Origin: Bryobacterales bacterium
GTDB lineage: Bacteria; Acidobacteriota; Terriglobia; Bryobacterales; UBA6623
DNA length: 24,000 nucleotides
Reading direction: 5' to 3'
Assembly (NCBI GenBank): GCA_963666225.3
Contig: OZ224030.1
Span: 1,042,062-1,066,061 of the forward strand
Shown: positions 1-9,719 of the stretch, piece after piece
Numbering within the stretch: the first letter of the stretch is position 1
Layout of the letters: each line of letters starts with the position of its first letter
Notes under the pieces: model-generated
The model's database searches: none
What the model was told of the DNA's origin: nothing
What the model saw: the letters and a program-made list of their open reading frames with translations, nothing else
Translations under genes and position numbers: made by a program

Positions 1-2772
1 CTTCCGGAAACGCCGGTCGGCCGTGCGCTGTTCGACTGCATCTTCGGATCGAGCCCCTTCCTTGGGATGTGCATGGTCCGCGAGCAACCGCACCTGCGGA
101 AGATATGGGAAGAAGGGCCGGGCGCACCGGTCGCGCGTGAGATCTCCCGGCTGAGGGAAGTCGCGCCGGGAAGCGAACGGCAAGCGGTGGCCCGCCTGCT
201 CCGCGTCACCCGCCGAAGGGTGGCCTTGGCAATCGCCCTCGCCGATATTTCCGGGCATTGGGACTTGGAGGCGGTCACCGCAGCGCAGACGGAACTTGCG
301 GAGGCCAGCTGCTCGGCGGCGTTTCGGGTCCTTCTCGCCGAGCTGGGACGACGGGGGGCTCTCGCACTCCCCGATCCGGACCGTCCGGAAGAAGGGTCCG
401 GCTTGATCGCCCTCGGGATGGGCAAGCTTGGAGGGCGCGAGCTCAATTTCTCCTCCGACATTGACCTGATCCTGCTATACGACCCGGAGGTTGTGCCCGC
501 CGCCAGGCGTTATGAGGTGCCGTTCCACCTGATGAAGCTGGCGCAGTCGTTCATCGCGCTGCTGTCCGAGCCCACGGTTGACGGCACGGCCTTTCGCGTG
601 GATCTCCGGCTGCGGCCAGATCCCGTGTCCACACCGCTGGTGATGTCGACCAAGGCCGCTCTCGACTATTACGGGAAGCGAGGGCAGACATGGGAGCGGG
701 CCGCGCTCATCAAGGCCCGGCCGGTCGCCGCCGACGTCCGGGCCGGCGCAGAGTTTCTCCGGCGGCTGGAAACATTCGTCTGGCGGCAGCGCTTGGACTT
801 CGCCACTGTTCAGGACTTGCACGACATCAAGCGCCGGATCGACGCCCAGCACAAGGGTGGCGACATCGGGTCGCGTGGCCAGGACATCAAGCTGGGCCGA
901 GGCGGCATTCGGGAGATTGAGTTTTTCGTGCAGACCCACCAGCTTGTCTGGGGCGGCACTGATCGGTCTCTGCGCACGATCGCCACCTGTGCCTCTCTCG
1001 AGGCCCTGACGGCGGCTGGGCACATCCCGCAGCCCGTGACTGATGCGCTCGCGGACTCGTACCGCTATTTGCGGCGCGTCGAGCATCGCATCCAGATGGT
1101 CGCTGACAACCAGACTCATTCGTTGCCAGTGGACACCGCCGAGTTCGAGGCGCTGGCCAGGTTCTTGGGCTATCGCGACAGCTCGGCCTTCTCCCGAGAT
1201 CTGACGGCCTATTTGCGCCAGGTCGAGCGCCAGTACGAACAGTTCTTCGAGCTACCGCGGGAAATGTTCGACGCGGGAGGGGCCTCCGTGCTTGCCGGCG
1301 CGAGCCAGGGTGAGACTGCCGAACGTCTGGCGAGGATGGGCTTCGAGAGTCCCGGCAGGGCCGCTAGGATTGTCCGCAACTGGCACACCGGAGGCGTCGC
1401 CGCAGCCTCGGATCCCCGTGCGCTCGACCTGCTGAGGTCCTTGGTGCCGTCACTGGCGATCGCAGCCTGCGGGACTGAGGAGCCGGATGTGGCTTTGGAG
1501 CGGATCGATGCGATGATTCACGGGCTTCTTGACGGGACCCGAGCCTTCACCCTGCTGCAGGCCAACCTGCACGTGATGGAGAGCGTGTCAGAGATTCTGG
1601 TGGCGTCCCCGGCGATCGGCACAATCCTCACGGAGTGCCCGGATCTGTTGGAGGATCTGCTCGCCCCGGCGATGGATGCCTACGCGCCAGGACGGAAGGT
1701 GTTCGAGGCCGAGGTGGCCGACACCCTTGCCATCGATGGCGGGGAGTCCGGGTGGTCCGAGCGTCTGGGCGATTGGGTTGGCCGCGTGCGGTTCCGCCTT
1801 GCCGCGCAAGTGCTGTACCGCAGCTTGGACCCGATCGATGCCGCCCGCTCGGTGAGTGACTTAGCCGATTGTCTGCTGGCCGTCGTGCTGGCAAAGTGCG
1901 ACCGGGCACTGGCCGCGGAGCATGGGCGACCCGCGCAGTCTGGCGCTGCGCTCGTGGCGGTGGGGGGCTTGGCCGGACGGGACTTCGCGATCGGAGACTC
2001 GATCTCTGCCGCGCTCCTCTTCCACGCCCCGAGTGGCGCGACCACGCCCGGGCCGCGCCCGATCCCGGCGCGCTCCTACTATTCCCAGCTTGCAAGCTCG
2101 GTCCACTCCGGCCTGGCCCGGACGTTGGGCCGCCGCTTGCTGTTCTTGGTGGGAGACCGATTGCACGCCCGGCCAGTGTCCGAGTGGTCGGGATGGCTGT
2201 CGGGGACTCCGGCGTCATTCGCCCCGCCGCGCATTGTGGCGTCGACGCCAGGCGCTTCTTCGGAGGTTGTCCGGGTCGTCCAGTCCGGACCGCTGGAAGT
2301 GGGTGAGCCCACGCCGGTAGGCGCGCCGCGAGCGGGCCCCGGTGGCAGTGACGTGATCGAGTGGGACGGCGAGGATCTCGGGCGAGTGCTGACCCGCGTT
2401 GGGTTGGCTGCCAGAGCTCTTCTGGAACGGGAGGGCGTGCCCGTTCGAGCTGCAGCCAGCGCGCGAGCGGTGAGAGAGGCACTGCGAGAATTGAACGACC
2501 GCGGCGGGGCAGGGCAGGACGCGGCCCGGCTAGCTCTCGCATGGGAGGCTGGGGCCCGACTGCACTCACTGGAACGGCTTCTCGGCAGGTCTTTGCGCTC
2601 CGGCCCGGTTCCCGCCAGCTTGCTGTCGCTCGTGCAGACGGCCGGGGGCGCGAACCAGCCCGACCAGGCCGCAGGGTCCGCAAAGGCGGCGATCACCAGC
2701 GGGCTGGAGGTCGCAGACAGGGTGCTAGCCCCGCTCGGGCAGAGCTCTGGGCCAGAGGTGGCGGCACGTTGA
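1..2772 (+). CDS. glnE: Glutamine synthetase adenylyltransferase / adenylyl-removing enzyme GlnE, 5'-truncated by the window edge
   Basis: Frame 1 is open from nt 1 (LPETPVGRALFDCIFGSSPFLG precedes the Met at 67), so the gene starts upstream of the window. The N-terminal half carries the hallmark GlnE motifs GMGKLGGRELNFSSDIDLILLYD, FRVDLRLRP and DIKLGRGGIREIEFFVQ. The second half is colinear with the second GlnE repeat but degenerate (see findings). Confidence 0.9.
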   Translation, partial: LPETPVGRALFDCIFGSSPFLGMCMVREQPHLRKIWEEGPGAPVAREISRLREVAPGSERQAVARLLRVTRRRVALAIALADISGHWDLEAVTAAQTELAEASCSAAFRVLLAELGRRGALALPDPDRPEEGSGLIALGMGKLGGRELNFSSDIDLILLYDPEVVPAARRYEVPFHLMKLAQSFIALLSEPTVDGTAFRVDLRLRPDPVSTPLVMSTKAALDYYGKRGQTWERAALIKARPVAADVRAGAEFLRRLETFVWRQRLDFATVQDLHDIKRRIDAQHKGGDIGSRGQDIKLGRGGIREIEFFVQTHQLVWGGTDRSLRTIATCASLEALTAAGHIPQPVTDALADSYRYLRRVEHRIQMVADNQTHSLPVDTAEFEALARFLGYRDSSAFSRDLTAYLRQVERQYEQFFELPREMFDAGGASVLAGASQGETAERLARMGFESPGRAARIVRNWHTGGVAAASDPRALDLLRSLVPSLAIAACGTEEPDVALERIDAMIHGLLDGTRAFTLLQANLHVMESVSEILVASPAIGTILTECPDLLEDLLAPAMDAYAPGRKVFEAEVADTLAIDGGESGWSERLGDWVGRVRFRLAAQVLYRSLDPIDAARSVSDLADCLLAVVLAKCDRALAAEHGRPAQSGAALVAVGGLAGRDFAIGDSISAALLFHAPSGATTPGPRPIPARSYYSQLASSVHSGLARTLGRRLLFLVGDRLHARPVSEWSGWLSGTPASFAPPRIVASTPGASSEVVRVVQSGPLEVGEPTPVGAPRAGPGGSDVIEWDGEDLGRVLTRVGLAARALLEREGVPVRAAASARAVREALRELNDRGGAGQDAARLALAWEAGARLHSLERLLGRSLRSGPVPASLLSLVQTAGGANQPDQAAGSAKAAITSGLEVADRVLAPLGQSSGPEVAAR

Positions 2773-4205
2773 TCTGCCGCTCGGTCCGGCGGGTCGGGCG
2801 TGGCGCGGCCATGCTGCTCGCGCTGTGCGCCTGCCAGTCCGGACAGCTGGAAGAAGTCGCACTGCCTCCCCTGCCGTCTTCGTTGCCGGCTGGGTTGTCG
2901 TCGGAGATCGCGAGCACGCTCGGCGAGGCGCTGGAGCTCGCTCGAGCGTCGCCGTTGGACGCCGGTCTGAGCGGTCAGTTCGGAATGGCGCTGCACGCCT
3001 ACGGGTTTCGGGAAGCCTCCGTCCCTTGTTACGAACGAGCTTGGGCCCTGAATCGCGAGGATCCGAGATGGCCGTACTATCTCGGGATCGCGCGCGCCGA
3101 GCAGGGACTCCATCCGGCAGCCGTGGAGCCGCTGGGGGCCGCCGTGGCATTGCGCCCGGAGTCGGTGGCCTTCCTCGTCCGGCTAGGCTCGTCTCTGTTG
3201 GAATCCGGCCGCCCGGCTGACAGCGGGCGAGTGTTTGCGAGGGCCCTGGAGTTGGACGACCGTTCCGCGGCTGCCCATCTCGGGCTGGGACGCGCTCGCG
3301 CGTCGGCCGGCGACCATGCCGCGGCATTGCGCGCTTACCTGCGGGCGGTCGAGCTTGCCCCGCGATCCGGCACGGCCCGCTACGCGCTGGCGCTCCAGTA
3401 CCGGTCGCTTGGCCGGGAGGCCGATGCGCGGCGCCAGCTGGAATTGCTGGGCCCTGGTGAGCGTCGCCCGCCGTTCGTGGGCGATCCTCTGATCGCCGCC
3501 CTCGAGAGCGTTCGGTCGGACCGTCAGTCGTTTCTTGACGAGGGCCTCCGGTTGGAAGGCCAAGGGTTGCTCGACGAGGCGGCACGGGCCTACGAGGCCG
3601 CTCTGGAGCGAGATCCGGCCTACGGTCAGGCGCGCACGAACCTTGTCTCGGCCTTGGGCAAGCTGGGCCGGCTGGACGAGGCGGCCGAGCACTATCGCAA
3701 GGCCCTCGAGGTGGCTCCCGACTCCGAGGAATTGCACATCAACTGGGGCACTGCCCTGGTTCAGGCCGGGCGTCTCGACGACGCTGCCGCGAGCTTTCGC
3801 CGGGCGTTGGAGATCAACCCGCGCGCGGCCAGCGCTCACGCCGACCTGGGGATGCTCCTCGACCGCTCCGGTAACTCCGAGGGGGCTCGCAGGCACTACC
3901 GGCGGGCCTTGGAGAGCGAGCCCGAGAACCGCGAGGCCAACTTCCACCTAGCCCGGCATCTGGTTGCCGAAGGCCGGGCAACCGAAGCTGTCTCCCACCT
4001 GCTGAAGACTGCCCGTCCGGTGGACCGCCGCACTGCCACCTACCTGTACGGCCTCGCAGACGCCTACGTGCGGGCCAACGAGCTCGGACCGGCTGTGACC
4101 ACGCTCCGGCGTGCCTTGGATCTTGCCCGCTCGCAAGGGCAGGCCGAGCTTGCTGTGGAACTCGAGCAAGACCTTCGGGCACTCGAGGCGGCGACCGCGC
4201 GCTGA
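2769..4205 (+). CDS. TPR-repeat lipoprotein
   Basis: The protein has repeated 34-aa TPR-like units (AxxxYxxALxxxPxxxxAxxxLG pattern throughout). The track ORF from 2361 overlaps glnE out of frame, so I trimmed it. A TTG at 2769 overlaps the glnE stop (TTGA) and gives a basic n-region plus hydrophobic core and lipobox (RSVRRVGRGAAMLLALCAC). An alternative start is the ATG at 2811. Confidence 0.75.
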   Translation: MICRSVRRVGRGAAMLLALCACQSGQLEEVALPPLPSSLPAGLSSEIASTLGEALELARASPLDAGLSGQFGMALHAYGFREASVPCYERAWALNREDPRWPYYLGIARAEQGLHPAAVEPLGAAVALRPESVAFLVRLGSSLLESGRPADSGRVFARALELDDRSAAAHLGLGRARASAGDHAAALRAYLRAVELAPRSGTARYALALQYRSLGREADARRQLELLGPGERRPPFVGDPLIAALESVRSDRQSFLDEGLRLEGQGLLDEAARAYEAALERDPAYGQARTNLVSALGKLGRLDEAAEHYRKALEVAPDSEELHINWGTALVQAGRLDDAAASFRRALEINPRAASAHADLGMLLDRSGNSEGARRHYRRALESEPENREANFHLARHLVAEGRATEAVSHLLKTARPVDRRTATYLYGLADAYVRANELGPAVTTLRRALDLARSQGQAELAVELEQDLRALEAATAR

Positions 4206-4230
4206 CGGCTGCGAAGGCCTCCCCGCCGCC

Positions 4231-7200
4231 TCAGAAGATCAGCTTCAGGCCGAATTGCATCTGGCGGGCCGGGCAGCACTCCGAGGTCGACGAGATCCGC
4301 CCGCCCGCGGGGCGATTGATCGTTCCGTTCGGGAAGTTGAAGTGCGCCTCGTTGAACAGGTTGAAGAACTCGGCCCTGAAGTCCAGTGACAGTCGCTCGG
4401 TGAGCACAAACGTCCTAGACACCATCATGTCGAGGTTCACAAGGCCTGGGCCCTCGAGGATCCACGCCGCGGAATTGCCAAACGTGAAGCGGGCCGGGAC
4501 CTCGAACGCGTCCACGTCGAACCATCTCTCCGGTGTGCGCTCGCTGCGCGGCAGGTTCCCGTCGCGGACGCGGTTGGGACGCTGCCCGCCAGTCGTGTTT
4601 GCCGGATTGCCGGCCACCGAGGGGCTCAGCGGGAGCCCCCGCTGTGCTTCGAAGATGGGCGAGATCTGCCAGCCCCCAATCACCTTGGCGAGGGGTCCCT
4701 GCGTAGCGTACCGCCGCCCCGCCCCGAAGGGCAGGTTCCACACGCCGGCGTAGAAGAACCGCTGCGGCATGTGCTGCCGCGAGATTGTCTTCTCGGCGAC
4801 GAGGTGCGCGAAGCTCGTCCGCTGCCCGAGCTGCCTCACGAGCGTCTTGCTCAGGGTGAAGCCGCTCAGCATCGAGAACCCGCCGCCGAAGCGGCGCTCG
4901 AACTTGGCCTCCAAGCCTTGGTAGTTGGCGCCGCCGATCTGCGGGTTCGTCGTGATGTTGGCGAACTGGGGGAACCAGCGCCGGGGATTGTTCGGGCCGG
5001 CGCCCGGCTCGGGCTGGTTGACGTTCGCGCTGACTTGGTTCTTGACCGTGTTCGACCCGACGTACGCCACAGAGACCAGCGAGTTCCCGGGCAGGGACCG
5101 CTGGATGTTCATGTTCCACTGGTTGGTCATGCCGTTCTGGAAGTCGAACGGCCAGACGCCCACCAGCGATCGCCCTCGGATCACGCTCGGATTGAGCGCG
5201 TCGGCTGGGATCCCGTCCCGGATGATGACTCGCGACGTGGAACTGGCCACGTTCGACGGAATGTCGTTCTGCAAGTAGAACGGCGGGTTCGCCGTGGGAT
5301 CTGCCAGCACGGGCAGGGTGAACGTACCGACGTAAAAGATCCCGTAACCCGCCCGGATCACAGTCTTGGGCGTTAACTGGTAGGCGAGGCCCAGCCGGGG
5401 CCCCCAATCGTTGAGGTCACGTTTTCGGAACGAACGGCCCTCCGTGCCACTGCCAGTCGGGACCAGCGTTCCGAACCTTGAGTCCTCCCAGTCCACGATG
5501 AAGTTCATCGCTCGGTCGTTCTGCTCGACGTACGGCGATTGGTACTCGAAGCGGAGGCCGAGGTTCAGGGTGAGCTTGGGGGTGGCCTTCCACGTGTCCT
5601 GGATGTAGGTCTCGTAGGCGTAGCCGTGGCGGCGCACGTTGAGCGGCGTGCTGAATCGCGTGTTGCTCGTCAGTCCGAGCAGCGCGTCGGCAATCCCGTC
5701 ACCGCCCGTGCGCGTGCCGACCTGAGCCCGCGTGAACTGGTTGTTGAACTGGAACCGGCCGCGGGCAAAGTTGGTGATGCCCGACCAGCGCACGAAATTC
5801 CGAATGTTGACCCCCATCTTCAGCGAGTGGTTGCCCTTCGTCATCGAGAAGCTCTCGACCAGTTGGCGCACGTCCTGCTTGCGCGGATCCGGCGCGAAGT
5901 TGCGGTCCCCGATATTCCGGTAGCCCGATGGGATGAAGACCGGAAGTCCGTTGATGTCCTCCCGATCGAACAGTCCCTTGAAGCCGAAATCCTTCCAAAG
6001 CTGGGTCTGCGTCGGCGTGTCGATGGCGCCGAACAGGCGGTTGTACGCGACGCGCAGCTCGTTGACCATGCTGCCGCCGAGGGCGGCTGTCCAGTTCACC
6101 ACCCCGGTCTTCGCCCGCGACAGGCGTACCGCCGTGTTGCCCCCGCTGGCCGGCAGCGGAAGGTTGCCCGGCTCGAGACGGTCAAAGTTCAGGTAGCTGA
6201 AGCGCACGAACAGCGTGTGGTTGTCCGCGGCCCGCCAGTCGAAGCGCGTGTCGATCTTGTCGTCATCGCGGTTGCGCGAAGGGTTGAAGATGTAGTTCTG
6301 CCGCCCGCCGCGGTTCGGCGCGGGGTAGAGCTCGATCATCCTGGCCGCCACGGGGTCGATGCGGCTCGCGGGGATCACGTCGCCGGGAAAGCGATCGCGG
6401 GTTCCATCCTCGGCCTGCGTCATCGGATCCCAGATGCCGACAACCCCTGAGAGGTCCCCGCGGACTTGCTCGGGAGTCGGGATGATGCTCAGGCGGGTTA
6501 GCTTCTCCCGGATCCGCGTCCCCTCGTAGCTACCGAAGTAGAACATCCGGTCCCGCACCAGCGGCCCTCCGAAGGTGGCTCCGTACTGGTTCTGCCGGAA
6601 GGGCGGCTTCGGCCGCCCGCTGTTGAAGAAGTTGTTCGCGTCCAGAACCTCGTTGCGCAGGAACTCGAACGCCGTGCCGTGGATTTCGTTCGTGCCTGAC
6701 TTGGTCGTCACCTGGACGATCGCCCCGCCGCCGCGGCCGAACTCAGCGCCGTAGTTGTGCGTCTCCATCTTGAACTCTTGGATGGCGTCGATCGAGGGCT
6801 TCACGGCTTGGTTCGATGCGACCACCACGCCGCTGAAGTAGTTGTTGTTGTCGGCGCCGTCCAGCGTGAATACGTTCTGGTCGAATCCCGCGCCGTTGAC
6901 GCTGAAGGCATCCTCCACGAAGTTCTGGCGCCGGCTCGGGAGCACTCCCGCCGATAGGACCGCCAGCTCTTGGTAGTTCCGGCCGTTGAGCGGCATCTGT
7001 GTGATCGTCGTGTTCTCTATCGCCTGGCCGAGGCTCGAAGTCTCCGATTCCAGCAAGGGCAGGTCTGCCGTGACCTCGACCGTCTCGGAGACCGATCCGA
7101 CCTGCAGTTCGACGTCGACCCGGGCTCGCGTTCCCGCGTTCAGCGTGACGTTGGGGCGGAACAGCGTCTGAAAGCCCTCACTTGTTGCCGTCAGGTCGTA

Positions 7201-7437
7201 GGTTCCGATCGGCAGGGCAGTGATGACGTAATTGCCCGTGGCATTGCTCTCGGCGACGTGTTCCAGGCCCGTCGCTTGGTTGATCGCCTGCACGGAAGCG
7301 CCGGCCACCGCCGCGCCGGAAGCGTCCGTCACGAGTCCGGTGATTGTCGCGGTGTCAGTCTGAGCAGACCCCACGCCCGTGAAGATGGCCATGGCCGCAA
7401 CGATCACCGCCCAGCCACAAGATTGCAGGATTCTCAT
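4231..7437 (-). CDS. TonB-dependent outer-membrane receptor with N-terminal carboxypeptidase-regulatory-like domain
   Basis: I chose the start at the internal Met (MRILQSCGWAVIVAAMAIFTGVGSAQ signal peptide), preceded by AGGGGGG 2 nt upstream. The protein begins TDTATITGLVTDASGAAVAGASV (CarboxypepD_reg-like), followed by a plug region (MPLNGRNYQEL). It then runs as a long beta-barrel ending in the C-terminal aromatic signature ...FGLKLIF. Confidence 0.9.
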   Translation of the reverse strand: MRILQSCGWAVIVAAMAIFTGVGSAQTDTATITGLVTDASGAAVAGASVQAINQATGLEHVAESNATGNYVITALPIGTYDLTATSEGFQTLFRPNVTLNAGTRARVDVELQVGSVSETVEVTADLPLLESETSSLGQAIENTTITQMPLNGRNYQELAVLSAGVLPSRRQNFVEDAFSVNGAGFDQNVFTLDGADNNNYFSGVVVASNQAVKPSIDAIQEFKMETHNYGAEFGRGGGAIVQVTTKSGTNEIHGTAFEFLRNEVLDANNFFNSGRPKPPFRQNQYGATFGGPLVRDRMFYFGSYEGTRIREKLTRLSIIPTPEQVRGDLSGVVGIWDPMTQAEDGTRDRFPGDVIPASRIDPVAARMIELYPAPNRGGRQNYIFNPSRNRDDDKIDTRFDWRAADNHTLFVRFSYLNFDRLEPGNLPLPASGGNTAVRLSRAKTGVVNWTAALGGSMVNELRVAYNRLFGAIDTPTQTQLWKDFGFKGLFDREDINGLPVFIPSGYRNIGDRNFAPDPRKQDVRQLVESFSMTKGNHSLKMGVNIRNFVRWSGITNFARGRFQFNNQFTRAQVGTRTGGDGIADALLGLTSNTRFSTPLNVRRHGYAYETYIQDTWKATPKLTLNLGLRFEYQSPYVEQNDRAMNFIVDWEDSRFGTLVPTGSGTEGRSFRKRDLNDWGPRLGLAYQLTPKTVIRAGYGIFYVGTFTLPVLADPTANPPFYLQNDIPSNVASSTSRVIIRDGIPADALNPSVIRGRSLVGVWPFDFQNGMTNQWNMNIQRSLPGNSLVSVAYVGSNTVKNQVSANVNQPEPGAGPNNPRRWFPQFANITTNPQIGGANYQGLEAKFERRFGGGFSMLSGFTLSKTLVRQLGQRTSFAHLVAEKTISRQHMPQRFFYAGVWNLPFGAGRRYATQGPLAKVIGGWQISPIFEAQRGLPLSPSVAGNPANTTGGQRPNRVRDGNLPRSERTPERWFDVDAFEVPARFTFGNSAAWILEGPGLVNLDMMVSRTFVLTERLSLDFRAEFFNLFNEAHFNFPNGTINRPAGGRISSTSECCPARQMQFGLKLIF

Positions 7438-7539
7438 CGCCCCCCCTGATTGTCCGCCCAGCCGCCCAGCGGTGCCGATGATCGATGTTTCGTTCGCCCG
7501 CGTCGCCGGAGGAAAGCTGCCAATGCGCTTTCGGGCAGA

Positions 7540-7545
7540 ATTATA
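7540..7545 (-). promoter_or_regulatory. Candidate -10 box (TATAAT on the minus strand) upstream of the TonB-dependent receptor
   Basis: A perfect TATAAT hexamer lies in the divergent intergenic region about 100 nt upstream of the ATG at 7437. No convincing -35 element was seen. Confidence 0.25.
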
Positions 7546-7614
7546 CATGTTGCGTTGTTGCGCCGGTTGGCGTTCCGAACATTCGGCGGCTAAGTGCTGG
7601 TAGAGTGAATACTC

Positions 7615-8055
7615 GTGGCCTACCGTCGGTCCGTGCCCCGGAGTCCGATCAAGACAGCGATCGGAGTCCTCGGGGTTTTGGTCAACCTGGCCTTGGGTCT
7701 GTTCTGTCTGGGCTTGGGCCTGCTTGGGTGGATCGAGGGCGGCGAGATGCGGGTGGACCTTCTGCCGGTGGAGGCCGAGAGCGCGGCTGGGTGGCTGCTA
7801 GTCATCGGGACTTTCGGGACCATCGCGTCGGGGTTGGCCATTTCCGCCGCTGGCTGGCGCGCCGGTCCCCACTTTGTGTGGGCACTAGCCGTGGCCCTGG
7901 CATTGGTGGCCGCGGTGTTTCGGTCCGGATATCGGTTTGACGGGATTGAAGGGCTAATAAGCCACGGGTGGGAAGTCCTTGCCTCGCTGCTCTTGGTGGT
8001 CGCGAGCTGGTGGCGGCTTCGGTCCCCGGGCCGGGTCCGGAGACCCATGCCGTAG
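7615..8055 (+). CDS. Small integral membrane protein (about 4 TM helices), function unknown
   Basis: GTG start. There are four hydrophobic stretches (IGVLGVLVNLALGLFCLGLGLLGW, WLLVIGTFGTIASGLAISAAGW, FVWALAVALALVAAVF, WEVLASLLLVVASWW). No family was recognised. Confidence 0.5.
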   Translation: MAYRRSVPRSPIKTAIGVLGVLVNLALGLFCLGLGLLGWIEGGEMRVDLLPVEAESAAGWLLVIGTFGTIASGLAISAAGWRAGPHFVWALAVALALVAAVFRSGYRFDGIEGLISHGWEVLASLLLVVASWWRLRSPGRVRRPMP

Positions 8056-8162
8056 CCACCGGTCCGTCCACCTCGCGCTGCCGCAGCGCAGGGTGACGTT
8101 CCGGCCTGTGACCGCGGACGCCCGTCGGCTTGGTGCAGCATAATGGTCGGGGGCTCGGGACG

Positions 8163-9323
8163 ATGGATTTCTTCGACCAGGTGGGCCAAGCGTTGTCTTC
8201 CGGCGACGTCGATCGCGGGTTCGAGCTCGCGATTGAGCGTTTTCGCGAGGAGCGGGCCTACCCTCTGATCTTCGAAGCCCGCCTGATGCGCAAGCGCCAT
8301 GCGCTGGGCATGCCGCTGATCCAGACCGAGCCTTGGAAGAACCTCGAGCCTTCCGTTCAGGCGGAGTACGAGAGGGCGACCATGGAGGCTGCCGGGGAGG
8401 TCGGCGGGCTGTTCTTGGAGGACGGCGAGATTGGCAAGGCGTGGCCGTACTTCCGGGCCATCGGTGACCGAGAGGCCGTGCGCTCGGCGATTGAGGAGCA
8501 CGGCCCCACCGCGAGCGGCGAGGCTCTGGAGGGAGTGATCGAGGTTGCCTATCACGAGCAGGTCAGCCCGAGGCGCGGATTCGAGCTGATCCTGAAGCAC
8601 CACGGCACTTGCCGGGCGATCACCAACTTCTCGCAGTACCCGGTCGAGGAAGGGCGGGCGGACTGTGCCCAGATGCTGGCCGAGAATGTGCACTCGGAAT
8701 TGCTCGGCAACATCAAGTACGCCATCGAGAAACACGACGGAAGCGCTCCCGACGGCGATGATTTGGCGGCCACCGTGGTCGGCAGGGACTGGCTCTTCGA
8801 CGGGAATGCCTACTACTTGGACACCTCGCATGTCTCCTCGCTTGTCCAAATGGCACCCTCCATTGACAGGTCGGAGACCCTGAGGCTGTTGCTCGGGCTC
8901 GCCGAGTACGGCCGCCGCCTCGGGGAGATGTACCAGTTTCCCGGGAATCCGCCGTTCGAAGACGTCTTCGCGGACTTCGCGGTCTATATCAAGGCAGTGC
9001 TCGGCGTCGAGGTCGAGGCCGGGCTGGACCACTTCCGCCGCAAGATCGAGGTCTGCGACCCGAACGTGGCCGGGACCACGCCTGCTCAGGTGCTGGTCAA
9101 CCTGTTGGTGCGTATAGGCAGGAAGGCCGAGGCGGTCGACGTCGCGCTGGAGCATCTGACCGATGCCAATCCGCAATTCCTGCAGTGCCCGGGACCGCTG
9201 CAGCTTTGCCAGATCGCTGGGGATTACGGGCGGCTGGCCACGGTGGCCCGCGAGCGGCGCGACCTACTCAGCTTCGCGGCGGCGACGATGCAGGATTCCC
9301 CACTGCCAAGGCCGGCGGCCTAG
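8163..9323 (+). CDS. Conserved hypothetical protein (all-alpha composition), function unknown
   Basis: The ORF has a balanced, protein-like composition. An ATG (MDFFDQ...) is preceded by a G-rich stretch; the track start at 8130 is a TTG 11 codons upstream. The stop TAG (9321-9323) lies inside the 9-bp target duplication of the downstream insertion. Confidence 0.7.
   Translation: MDFFDQVGQALSSGDVDRGFELAIERFREERAYPLIFEARLMRKRHALGMPLIQTEPWKNLEPSVQAEYERATMEAAGEVGGLFLEDGEIGKAWPYFRAIGDREAVRSAIEEHGPTASGEALEGVIEVAYHEQVSPRRGFELILKHHGTCRAITNFSQYPVEEGRADCAQMLAENVHSELLGNIKYAIEKHDGSAPDGDDLAATVVGRDWLFDGNAYYLDTSHVSSLVQMAPSIDRSETLRLLLGLAEYGRRLGEMYQFPGNPPFEDVFADFAVYIKAVLGVEVEAGLDHFRRKIEVCDPNVAGTTPAQVLVNLLVRIGRKAEAVDVALEHLTDANPQFLQCPGPLQLCQIAGDYGRLATVARERRDLLSFAAATMQDSPLPRPAA
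9315..9323. repeat. Left copy of the 9-bp direct target-site duplication GCGGCCTAG
   Basis: An identical 9-mer abuts the outer end of the right terminal repeat at 16840-16848. Confidence 0.75.
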
Positions 9324-9373
9324 CTAGCGCTACATCGTAGTTAACACAGAGCGGGTTAGTCGTGTAGAACAGC
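9324..9373 (+). repeat. Left terminal inverted repeat, outer part (before the intron)
   Basis: CTAGCGCTACATCGTAGTTAACACAGAGCGGGTTAGTCGTGTAGAACAGC matches the reverse complement of 16790-16839 with 5 mismatches. Confidence 0.8.
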
Positions 9374-9719
9374 GTGCGCCGTGCTAAGGCACTGGCTCCC
9401 AGCGGGTGCGAAGCCCGCCCGGCTAACTGTCGCTCCAGCCGGAAGCCGTCGGAGCGGGTCATGGAGGTAACGACATGGACTGAAGCACTTCGACGTGACG
9501 GGCCGCCTTTTGGGCGGCTCAGCGAGCACGCAGGCCGCAACGCGAGTGAACGCCGAGCAGGCCTCGAAAAGCACAATGCGGAGGCCGACCCGCCGTTGTT
9601 TCGGGGAAGGCAGCTAGCGTCCGGGAAGCGAGCGACGCGAGCACCGGGCGTCTCCGCCGGGGTATTGGCGGCAGCATGCGTGCAAGAGGGAGACGGAGGC
9701 AACACGGGAAGCCCTGGCG

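Noticed and set aside
2361-2768. N-terminal 136 codons of the track ORF 2361-4205
   Set aside because: This part is an out-of-frame read through the 3' end of glnE (Arg/Gly-rich, no TPR). The real gene starts at the lipoprotein signal, at 2769 or 2811.
7438-7540. Possible riboswitch (for example cobalamin) in the leader of the TonB-dependent receptor
   Set aside because: The leader is only about 100 nt, and I could not find a B12-box-like or other recognisable riboswitch core.
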